Origin: Armatimonadota bacterium
Lineage (GTDB): Bacteria > Armatimonadota > Armatimonadia > Armatimonadales > Capsulimonadaceae
NCBI GenBank assembly: GCA_964657535.1
Contig: CAZZVX010000038.1
Coordinates: 2,003-19,185, forward strand
Direction of reading: 5' to 3'
DNA length: 17,183 nucleotides
This document shows positions 1-6,557 of the stretch, piece after piece. The position numbers and the translations under genes are program-made. The notes beneath the pieces were generated by a model, which saw nothing but the letters and a program-made list of their open reading frames with translations, had not been told where the DNA came from and ran no database searches. Numbering within the stretch: the first letter of the stretch is position 1; each line of letters opens with the position of its first letter.

Positions 1-1179
1 CCTTCCCATCATGCGCCATCCGCTTTGGAGGCGGCGCAGTCCGCCCAAGCCTCGGCGGAGAGCGTCGCGGACGCCCTGACGGTCTCGGAACGGCAGTACC
101 GACGCCTGTTCGAGGCGGCCCGCGACGGCATCCTGCTCCTCGACAGCGACCAGGGCCGGATCACCGACGCCAATCCCTTCATGACGGAACTTCTGGGCTA
201 CTCCCACGCCGAACTGCTGGGCAAGGAGCTCTGGGAGATCGGACTTCTCCAGGATAAGGACGCAAGCCAGGAGGCTTTCCGGCGGCTGCAGCGCGATGAC
301 CACATCCGCTACGAGGACCTGCCGCTCCAGAACCGGCGGGGTGAGCGCCGTGAGGTGGAGTTCGTAAGCAACCTGTACCGCGAGAACGGACACACGGTCA
401 TCCAGTGCAACATCCGCGACATCACCGAGCGAAAGCGCGTAGCAGCGGAACTCGTCGTTGCCACTGCCAAACACGCGCATCAGGACGCCGTGCTGGAAGA
501 GCGCACCCGCCTGGCGCGGGAGATCCATGACACGCTGGCGCAAGGGTTCGCTGGGATCACCACGCAGTTGGAAGCGGCGGAGGCGGCGCTGGCGAACGTA
601 CCCCCATCGGCCTCACCCGACAGTCTTGCCGCCTCCCAAGACCAAGTCGCTGCCTACCAGGCGCAACTGAGCAAGGTCCAGGCCCGTATCGGCAAGGCGC
701 GTGACCTGGCCCGCGAGAGCTTGACCGAGGCAAGGCGGTCCGTCGCGGCACTGCGGTCACCGGCTCTGGAGGCGACCCCCTTGAGCGAGGCCCTCGCACG
801 TTTCCTCACGCAGCGTGTTCTGAACACGGAGGCAAAGAGCCGTTATGTGCTGGAAGGCGTCCCTCACGCGCTGCCCGCCAATGTCGAGCATTATCTGCTG
901 CGGATCGGTCAGGAGGCCATCACGAACGCCGTGGAACACGCGCAGGCCGAGGAGATCGACGTGGTGTTGTCTTTTGAGCCGGGGCGAGTGCGACTGCGCG
1001 TGCACGACGACGGGCGGGGATTCGACCTTCATCGTCCTGGCGCCGGGCGATTCGGAATCATCGGCATGCGGGAGCGAGCGGAGAAAGCCCAGGGACAGCT
1101 GACCATCATCAGCCATCAGGGGAAAGGGACGCAGGTAGACCTGATCGTGCCGATCCCCCAGGAGTCGCTCACAGACTGA
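1..1179 (+). CDS. Sensor histidine kinase, PAS domain + HisKA_3 dimerisation/phosphoacceptor + HATPase_c (NarL-type partner kinase). 5' end truncated by the window edge: the reading frame is open from nt 1 and the first in-frame start seen is a TTG at 25.
   Basis: The translation shows a PAS-like block (SERQYRRLFEAARDGILLLD...GKELWEIGL...REVEFVSNLYRENGHTVIQCNIRDITERKR). It shows an H-box typical of HisKA_3 (EERTRLAREIHDTLAQ). It shows an ATPase N/G-box region (RIGQEAITNAVEHA...RVHDDGRGFD...GRFGIIGMRERA). High GC3 codon bias. The stop TGA at 1177-1179 overlaps the next ATG by 1 nt. Confidence 0.85.
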   Translation, partial: PSHHAPSALEAAQSAQASAESVADALTVSERQYRRLFEAARDGILLLDSDQGRITDANPFMTELLGYSHAELLGKELWEIGLLQDKDASQEAFRRLQRDDHIRYEDLPLQNRRGERREVEFVSNLYRENGHTVIQCNIRDITERKRVAAELVVATAKHAHQDAVLEERTRLAREIHDTLAQGFAGITTQLEAAEAALANVPPSASPDSLAASQDQVAAYQAQLSKVQARIGKARDLARESLTEARRSVAALRSPALEATPLSEALARFLTQRVLNTEAKSRYVLEGVPHALPANVEHYLLRIGQEAITNAVEHAQAEEIDVVLSFEPGRVRLRVHDDGRGFDLHRPGAGRFGIIGMRERAEKAQGQLTIISHQGKGTQVDLIVPIPQESLTD

Positions 1180-1910
1180 TGCAAAGGCCATCAGACAGGA
1201 TGAACGCTCACACGCCCCACATGGAAAATGACGCTATGCTCACTGACAAGACTGCGGCACCCGCCGACGAAGGTGTGACTCCCGGCGCGAGCAGAATCCG
1301 CATCCTGATCGCGGACGACCATCCGGTCGTGCGCGACGGCCTGGCCGGGGTGATCGAGGAGCAGGACGACATGGCCGTGGTCGGGCAGGCCGCCACAGGT
1401 ACTGAGGCGCTCGCCCTCTACGGAGAGCAGTGCCCGGATGTGACTCTGATGGACCTGCGTATGCCGGGGATGAACGGCGTGGAGGCCATCACCGCGATCC
1501 GGCAGCAGGCCCCGGCGGCGCGCGTGATCATCCTAAGTACCTACGACGCCGAGGAGGACATCTACCGCGCCCTGCAGGCGGGGGCCAAAGCCTACTTGCT
1601 TAAGGATGTCGGTCGGCAGGTCCTACTGGAGACCATCCGCGCCGTCCACGCCGGCCAGACTCCGGTTTCCCCGGAGGTGGGGGCGAAAATGGCCGGCCGG
1701 ATCGGCTACGAGCAACTCAGCGACCGGGAACTGGAAGTGCTGCGTCTCCTGGTCAGAGGCATGAGCAACCAGGAGATCGCCGGGGCGCTCTTCATCGCGG
1801 AGAGCACGGTCAAGTTCCACGTCAACCATATCCTCGGCAAACTGAACGCCGCTGACCGCACGCAGGCGGTCATCACGGCGCTCAAACGCGGTCTTGCCAC
1901 CTTGCAGTAG
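1179..1910 (+). CDS. Response regulator, NarL/FixJ (LuxR-type HTH) family: REC domain + C-terminal LuxR HTH.
   Basis: REC signature RIRILIADDHPVVRDGL...VTLMDLRMPGMNGVEA...KAYLLKD. LuxR HTH LSDRELEVLRLLVRGMSNQEIAGALFIAESTVKFHVNHILGKLN. The start is ambiguous: ATG 1179 (TGATG overlap with the kinase stop, RBS-like CAGGAG upstream) or in-frame ATGs at 1200, 1221 and 1236. All keep the REC domain intact. Confidence 0.9.
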   Translation: MQRPSDRMNAHTPHMENDAMLTDKTAAPADEGVTPGASRIRILIADDHPVVRDGLAGVIEEQDDMAVVGQAATGTEALALYGEQCPDVTLMDLRMPGMNGVEAITAIRQQAPAARVIILSTYDAEEDIYRALQAGAKAYLLKDVGRQVLLETIRAVHAGQTPVSPEVGAKMAGRIGYEQLSDRELEVLRLLVRGMSNQEIAGALFIAESTVKFHVNHILGKLNAADRTQAVITALKRGLATLQ

Positions 1911-1929
1911 TGAACGCCCATCTCTGGCC

Positions 1930-2508
1930 CTATCGCTGTCGGCGGACCCACCCCGGATAACGATTGGTGAACACGATCCCAAAGACCGTGCCGATGTAGG
2001 GCAGGGCCGGGAGCCATGCCCCTGTGCGCCCGGACAACCCACCCGGATTCAAGCCAATCGCAGCGGCGAGAGCGGCATTGACGGCGAAAATCGTACCCCA
2101 CACGACCGTAATCACGACATTCACCCGGCGGAAGCCGGGGTTGTCCCAATACTCTGCAGGCACCGCCTCACGCGCGTACTGGGCCGTGAACGGAGACCCA
2201 GCCAGCAGCGACCCCCAGGCGACCAATGCGAACGTGCTCCAGGCCAGCACGGAGTTGTTTTTCAGGAACACCGACGAGTGCAAGACAAGTGTCGCGTCGG
2301 CCCCGGCGGAAAAGAACAGCAGGGTGACCCCGTCGAGTATCTTTACGCGCCGCGCCCGCCACTGGGGGACGACCTGGCAGAGAGAGGCGATCATTCCGCC
2401 GGCGTAGGCCGCTGCCCCATGACCGGTCGCGGCCAGGAGCCCGTAGACGATCCAGGGTCCGAAATCGGACAGCACTGACCGGGCCGTGAAAGCGGGGGTG
2501 ATTTTCAT
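1930..2508 (-). CDS. Hypothetical integral membrane protein (about 192 aa, several predicted TM helices). Family not recognised.
   Basis: The minus-strand ORF has alternating hydrophobic stretches (WIVYGLLAATGHGAAAYAGGMIASL, VTLLFFSAGADATLVLHSSVF, LAWSTFALVAWGSLLAG, VNVVITVVWGTIFAVNAALAAAIGL, LPALPYIGTVFGIVF). The opposite-strand ORF 1894..2478 is R/P-rich nonsense. The start is chosen at the ATG for MKITPAF (GGAG 12 nt upstream on the minus strand). A longer start at 2541 is possible. Confidence 0.6.
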   Translation of the reverse strand: MKITPAFTARSVLSDFGPWIVYGLLAATGHGAAAYAGGMIASLCQVVPQWRARRVKILDGVTLLFFSAGADATLVLHSSVFLKNNSVLAWSTFALVAWGSLLAGSPFTAQYAREAVPAEYWDNPGFRRVNVVITVVWGTIFAVNAALAAAIGLNPGGLSGRTGAWLPALPYIGTVFGIVFTNRYPGWVRRQR

Positions 2509-2579
2509 AGTCTGTCCAGGCTCCGTATCGTCGCTCCTCATCTCACCGACGCCAGACGGAAGTCTTGTTGTGACTGACT

Positions 2580-2828
2580 TCAGCCCCGTTTTGTCTCAGG
2601 TTGCGGTGCCTGTTCCATCACCACCAGGCGGCGAACAATCAGTTCGTCTATTTCCAGTGAACGGATGCGAAATGTGCCGACGGCAAGCCGCCCGATAGCC
2701 ACTGCCCCGACCGCCAACGCGCCGATAGACACTACACCCACGGCAAACGCCCCGACGGCCAACGCCCCCGCCGAGGCGGCGCCGACAGAGCGTGTGTCCG
2801 CCTGCGGTTCTTCCAAATCATCCGGCAT
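2580..2828 (-). CDS. Small (82 aa) hypothetical protein. It has a hydrophobic Gly-every-5-residues repeat (GALAVGAFAVGVVSIGALAVGAVAIGRLAVG) followed by the charged tail FRIRSLEIDELIVRRLVV. Strand and start are uncertain.
   Basis: The minus-strand frame reads through a 15-bp tandem DNA repeat (2691-2795). An internal ATG (MPDDLEEP) is preceded by GGGGAA 7 nt upstream. The track ORF extends to 3011, but that N-terminal extension is R/M-rich and lower in GC. The + strand alternative 2665..2862 (TANAP low-complexity repeats) has no RBS and cannot be excluded. Confidence 0.35.
   Translation of the reverse strand: MPDDLEEPQADTRSVGAASAGALAVGAFAVGVVSIGALAVGAVAIGRLAVGTFRIRSLEIDELIVRRLVVMEQAPQPETKRG
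2691..2795. repeat. 15-bp tandem repeat, about 7 degenerate units, consensus roughly sCCGAyrGCCAACGC. It encodes the pentapeptide-period repeat in whichever strand is coding.
   Basis: Direct reading: cccgatagccactgc / cccgaccgccaacgc / gccgatagacactac / acccacggcaaacgc / cccgacggccaacgc / ccccgccgaggcggc / gccgacagagcgtgt. Confidence 0.75.
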
Positions 2829-3035
2829 GGAGTCGTTCCCCTGCAATATCGCGAGACACTGACGTCTTCGCATCGCCTGCCCGCACTTGCCCTCTGCCCA
2901 TTCACCGCGCTCAAGCATCAGCCGACGGGTCCGCATGAGAGAATGAAAGAGAGGAGTCATCCCATCGCTTGTGACTAACCCAATTTTACCAGGCAGGCGA
3001 TTGGGCGTCAACCGCCTAGGGTTGGGGAAATAACT

Positions 3036-3126
3036 GACCTTGAGGACGGCCTATGGGCTGTCCTTTTGTCGAGTTGAAAGCCGAACCCCAGACGGGCGAC
3101 AGGACAGACGCCACCTTCCATACTGT
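3036..3126 (+). promoter_or_regulatory. Copy A of a conserved intergenic module of about 90 bp, upstream of the DsbA-like/Usp operon. It contains TTGAGGA, the palindrome GGACGGCC-TATG-GGCTGTCC (3044-3063) + TTTTGT, the perfect 20-mer CCGAACCCCAGACGGGCGAC (3081-3100), and CCATACT (about 3118-3124).
   Basis: Aligns at about 80-85% with 12520-12625, with an identical 20-mer and compensatory changes that preserve the hairpin. It lies 40-80 bp upstream of ATG 3164 in a divergent intergenic region. Confidence 0.55.
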
Positions 3127-3163
3127 ATGTGCATCCATAGAGGAATGAAGATCGATTTTCACC

Positions 3164-3733
3164 ATGACAGAAGCGCCAGATGTGGGACCGAAATCACAAA
3201 TCGTAACGCTGGCCCCGCCGGTCGGTGAGCGTGATCACGCCCAGGGACCCGCCACGGCGGCCATCACCCTCGTCGAGTACGGCGACTACCAGGACCCGCA
3301 GTGCGCCGACGCCCAGCCCAGGATCAAAGCTCTTCAAGACCGAATGGGGGACCGGCTACGTCTGGTGTTCCGGCACTTCCCGGCGACCGGCCACTACCCG
3401 CACGCCGCCGAAGCGGCGGAGGCGGCGGGGCTGCAGGATCGGTTTTGGGCGATGCACGACACGCTCTTTGCGCACCAATCGGCCCTCGGCAATGGTCACT
3501 TGGTCGAATACGCGCACGACCTGGGCCTGGACATCAGCCGGTTCCTGCGGGATATGACCGGGCATGTGTCCGCCGAGCGCCTGCACGCGGATCGGGCCAG
3601 CGGCGCGCAGAGCGGCGTCCGGGACACGCCCGCGTTCTTCGTCAACGGAGTCCGGCAGCCTGGTCTTTGGGACGAGGCCGCCTTCTGGGCGGCTCTCGAA
3701 ACGGCCTGTGCAGAATATCTGAGCGGCGGGTGA
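3164..3733 (+). CDS. DsbA-like thioredoxin-fold protein (Thioredoxin_4/DSBA family). It is cytoplasmic (no signal peptide) and its active site is degenerate: DPQC instead of CxxC.
   Basis: LVEYGDYQDPQCADAQP aligns to the canonical F/Y-GDYQCPxC motif, with the first Cys replaced by Asp. A cis-Pro loop DTPAFFVNG is present. The stop at 3731-3733 lies 16 nt before the usp ATG, so the two genes are probably an operon. Confidence 0.8.
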   Translation: MTEAPDVGPKSQIVTLAPPVGERDHAQGPATAAITLVEYGDYQDPQCADAQPRIKALQDRMGDRLRLVFRHFPATGHYPHAAEAAEAAGLQDRFWAMHDTLFAHQSALGNGHLVEYAHDLGLDISRFLRDMTGHVSAERLHADRASGAQSGVRDTPAFFVNGVRQPGLWDEAAFWAALETACAEYLSGG

Positions 3734-3749
3734 TGGGAGGAGAGGGCAT

Positions 3750-4646
3750 ATGTTCAGCAGCATCTTACTTGCGTCGGACGGGTCGGAGTGCGCGCGCCGG
3801 GCGGCAGCCGTCGCCGCCGCGTTCGCCAACAAGTTCGGCGCTCGCCTGACGATCATCAACGTCTTCCACCCCGCGACCCTGTTTGCGCCTTACGGGAAGC
3901 CGCACGACCTGTTTGAATTCGGCTTCATCGAGAAACAGCAGGACAAGGCCCTAGAGGCCGTCTGCCGCATCGCCGATGGGAGCGACGTCGCCTACCAGGC
4001 ACGCCGGGAAAACGGCCAGCCGGCCGAAGAGATCGTGCGCGTCGCCGCCGAAGAAACGTGTGACCTCATCGTGATGGGCAGCCGGGGTTTGGGAGATGTC
4101 GGATCTCTGCTGCTCGGCAGCGTCTCGAACGCCGTCCTGCACCACGCCCACTGCCCGGTCCTGATTGTGCGAGAGGCCGGGGGAACGGCCGCAGGGAAAG
4201 AAGCGGCTGCCGAGGACACGTTTTCCAACATCCTGCTGGCGTCGGACGGGTCCGAGTGCGCGCTCAAAGCCGCCGAATTCGCCGGCGCGCTCGCAGGTAA
4301 GTTCGGCGCTCGCCTGACGATCATCAACGTCTTCCACCCGCCGCTCTACATCGCGCCCGATGGGGTGCCGGGCGGCTGGGAACCGAATGTCAGCGACATC
4401 GGCGACGACCAGGACGCCGCCGTCTGCTGCGCGGGCCGCGTCGTGGATGCTCAGAATGTGCCATATCTCCGCTGCAAGGAGATCGGGATTCCTGCCGCCG
4501 AGATCGTCCGTGTGGCCGAGGAAGAGGGCTGTGACCTGATCGTGCTGGGTAGCCGGGGCCTGAGCGGCATGAAGGCGTTCCTGCTGGGCAGCGTCTCCGA
4601 CGGCGTGGTTCACCATGCCCACTGCCCCACGCTGATCGTGAAGTGA
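3750..4646 (+). CDS. Tandem universal stress protein (two UspA domains, Rv2623-like architecture).
   Basis: Two repeats of the pattern ILLASDGSEC...ARLTIINVFHP...CDLIV(M/L)GSRGL...LLGSVS...VHHAHCP(V/T)LIV. The GSRG...G(S/T) region is the ATP-binding Usp motif. The RBS GGGAGGAGAGGG is upstream of ATG 3750. Confidence 0.9.
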   Translation: MFSSILLASDGSECARRAAAVAAAFANKFGARLTIINVFHPATLFAPYGKPHDLFEFGFIEKQQDKALEAVCRIADGSDVAYQARRENGQPAEEIVRVAAEETCDLIVMGSRGLGDVGSLLLGSVSNAVLHHAHCPVLIVREAGGTAAGKEAAAEDTFSNILLASDGSECALKAAEFAGALAGKFGARLTIINVFHPPLYIAPDGVPGGWEPNVSDIGDDQDAAVCCAGRVVDAQNVPYLRCKEIGIPAAEIVRVAEEEGCDLIVLGSRGLSGMKAFLLGSVSDGVVHHAHCPTLIVK

Positions 4647-4693
4647 CGTGAAGTGATCCGCCTGACCGTGAAGGGGCCGGAAAGGACAGTCCG

Positions 4694-5083
4694 ATGACAC
4701 AGCACAAACACAACAGGGCCGACGCCCGGATCCACGCGGGCGTGCGCCAGGAATTGCCCTGGGAGAGACGCGTGGATGAGGCCGAAGTGAAGGTGGCCCA
4801 GGGGCCTGGAATACGAGCCGTCGTGAATGGCCTCCGGTCTTGTAATCCTGTCTTTGTGTGCTTCCCGGAACAGAATGGTGCCGCAACGACAGACGACATG
4901 GAGACAGCAGAAGGCGTTCCGAGAGGCGAACGCCGGACCATGTGCGACGGCCCCGGCTGCCGCGCCGAGTCGGTGCAGGTCGACGGATGGCTCTTCGTGG
5001 GTCGTGGCGGGGAGCGCCGTCACTACTGCCGCGCGTGTCTGGTGTCATACCTGGACGGGCTTCGCGGGCCGTCGGCATCATAG
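4694..5083 (+). CDS. Hypothetical small protein (129 aa) with a C-terminal Cys4 zinc-ribbon-like motif (CDGPGC...CRAC). May be shorter, starting at the internal METAEG.
   Basis: The ORF has AAAGGA 8 nt upstream of its ATG. The C-x4-C...C-x2-C spacing is seen in the translation. GC3 is moderate to high. Several overlapping frames are open here, so the assignment is tentative. Confidence 0.35.
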   Translation: MTQHKHNRADARIHAGVRQELPWERRVDEAEVKVAQGPGIRAVVNGLRSCNPVFVCFPEQNGAATTDDMETAEGVPRGERRTMCDGPGCRAESVQVDGWLFVGRGGERRHYCRACLVSYLDGLRGPSAS

Positions 5084-5165
5084 ACCCGTAGGCCCTGAGT
5101 GCATCGCCGGGCCGAGGCCATGCGAACGGCACGATTGCCGTCGCTGAGAGAAGAAAGCCGATCCT

Positions 5166-6557
5166 ATGGACGCAACCGCAATCGCGGACCGTACCCATTT
5201 CGCCGCGCTGATCATGTTCCATTACCTGTTCCCGCCCGTGACCATCGGGCTGGGGGTGCTGATCGCCGTGCTCAAGGTGATGCAGCTGCGTCGCGGCGAG
5301 GGCTACGACGGTCTGCACGCACGGGCGGCCCGGTTCTGGGGCAGGCTGTTCCTGCTGAACTACGGGGCCGGCGTGGCGACCGGAGTGCCGATGGAGTTCC
5401 AGTTCGGCACCAACTGGGCGCGCTTCTCCACCATCTCCGGGGGCATCATCGGTCAGGGACTGATGATGGAGGGCCTGTTCGCGTTCTTCCTGGAGTCGGC
5501 GTTCCTGGCGGTCTTCCTCTTCGGGGAGCGGCGCGTCACCCCGAAGGTCCATACGCTCTCCGCCATTTTGGTCTCGCTCGGCTCGATCATCTCGGCCTAT
5601 TTTATCACGGCGACGGACGCCTGGATGCAGCACCCGGTTGGCTTCGCGCCGGGACCGGGCGGCGTCCTGCGCCTGACCAGCCTGACCGCCGTACTCACCA
5701 ACCCCTTCGAGGTCTGGGAGTACCTGCACACGGTCAACGGCGCGTTCGTTCACGGGGCGCTCGTCATGGGCGCTCTGGGGGCCTACTACCTGCTCGCCCG
5801 GAAGCACACGGAGTTCGCCCGCGTCACACTTGCCATCAGCCTGGTCTTCGGCCTGATCTTCTCCTTAACGCAGGTCTTCCCCACGGGGGCCAAGAACGGC
5901 GAGATGATCGTCAAATACCAGCCGACCACTCTGGCGGCCATGGAAGGGCAGTTCAAGAGCGAGCCGGGAGCGCCGCTGGCGATCATCGGTATGCCTGATA
6001 CCCAGAAAGGAAACCTGCTGGACCCGGTCGAAGTCCCCGGCCTGCTGTCCTACCTTGCCTACGGCAACGCCAAAGCGCCCGTCAAAGGCCTGAACGACAT
6101 CCCGCGCGGCCTGTGGCCGCCCGTCGAAATCGTCTACTACGCCTACCACATCATGATCTCGTTGGGCGGCTACTTCATCGCGCTGACGGCCCTGGGCGTG
6201 TTCCTGCTGTGGCGGCGGAAACTCGAAGCGGCGCGCTGGTACCTGTGGGCGTTGATGCTCTCGCTGCCGCTGCCTTACATCGCCAACGAGGCCGGCTGGG
6301 TGGTGACGTGCGTCGGCCGCCAGCCCTGGATCATATACGGCGTCCTGCGGACGGCCCAGGGGTACTCGCCGAACGTCTCGTCCGGCGAGGTCATCTTCAC
6401 CCTCCTCGGCTTCACCGGCATCTACATCGCCCTCGGCCTGCTGTTCGTGTTCCTTGTCTTGAAGCTCATCGCGCAGGGGCCGGAGGAGGCGCAGCCGGAG
6501 GGGCCGGGACAGCCCCTCCCGACGGGCGAGCCTCTTCGGCAGGAGGCGCTGGTATGA
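5166..6557 (+). CDS. cydA: Cytochrome bd ubiquinol oxidase subunit I.
   Basis: 463 aa multi-TM protein with the conserved CydA N-terminus (HFAALIMFHYLFPPVTIGLGVL) and Q-loop region. The RBS GAGAAGAAAG is upstream. The stop overlaps the cydB start (ATGA). Confidence 0.92.
   Translation: MDATAIADRTHFAALIMFHYLFPPVTIGLGVLIAVLKVMQLRRGEGYDGLHARAARFWGRLFLLNYGAGVATGVPMEFQFGTNWARFSTISGGIIGQGLMMEGLFAFFLESAFLAVFLFGERRVTPKVHTLSAILVSLGSIISAYFITATDAWMQHPVGFAPGPGGVLRLTSLTAVLTNPFEVWEYLHTVNGAFVHGALVMGALGAYYLLARKHTEFARVTLAISLVFGLIFSLTQVFPTGAKNGEMIVKYQPTTLAAMEGQFKSEPGAPLAIIGMPDTQKGNLLDPVEVPGLLSYLAYGNAKAPVKGLNDIPRGLWPPVEIVYYAYHIMISLGGYFIALTALGVFLLWRRKLEAARWYLWALMLSLPLPYIANEAGWVVTCVGRQPWIIYGVLRTAQGYSPNVSSGEVIFTLLGFTGIYIALGLLFVFLVLKLIAQGPEEAQPEGPGQPLPTGEPLRQEALV

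Noticed and set aside
1894-2478. + strand ORFs 1894..2478 and 2024..2407
   Set aside because: They are opposite and alternative frames of the minus-strand membrane protein. Their translations are R/P-rich without hydrophobic structure.
2829-3011. N-terminal 61-codon extension of the minus-strand repeat protein (track start 3011)
   Set aside because: The extension is lower in GC and R/M-rich with no RBS, whereas the internal ATG at 2828 has GGGGAA upstream. It is kept as a possibility but not called.
3044-3063. The palindrome as a canonical mycobacterial DosR box
   Set aside because: The DosR consensus is TTSGGGACTWWAGTCCCSAA, with half-site GGGACT. Here the half-site is GGACAGCC with a 4-nt spacer. 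The two share only a GGAC core. It is kept as a generic operator or terminator candidate, not called a DosR box.
3301-3849. 182-aa + ORF and the 167-aa minus ORF 3356..3859, both R/A/G-rich
   Set aside because: They are alternative frames over the DsbA-like gene and usp start. Their translations are homopolymeric-like (RRRR, GGGG runs), with no RBS.
3951-5807. 618-aa minus-strand ORF
   Set aside because: It is antisense to the well-supported tandem usp, Zn-ribbon ORF and cydA. Its R/P/G/A-rich composition is typical of shadow frames in high-GC DNA.
6113-6553. Upstream extension of the cydB ORF (track start 6113)
   Set aside because: The extension overlaps cydA in a different frame. The CydB N-terminal signature begins at the ATG at 6554/6569, with GGAGG upstream.
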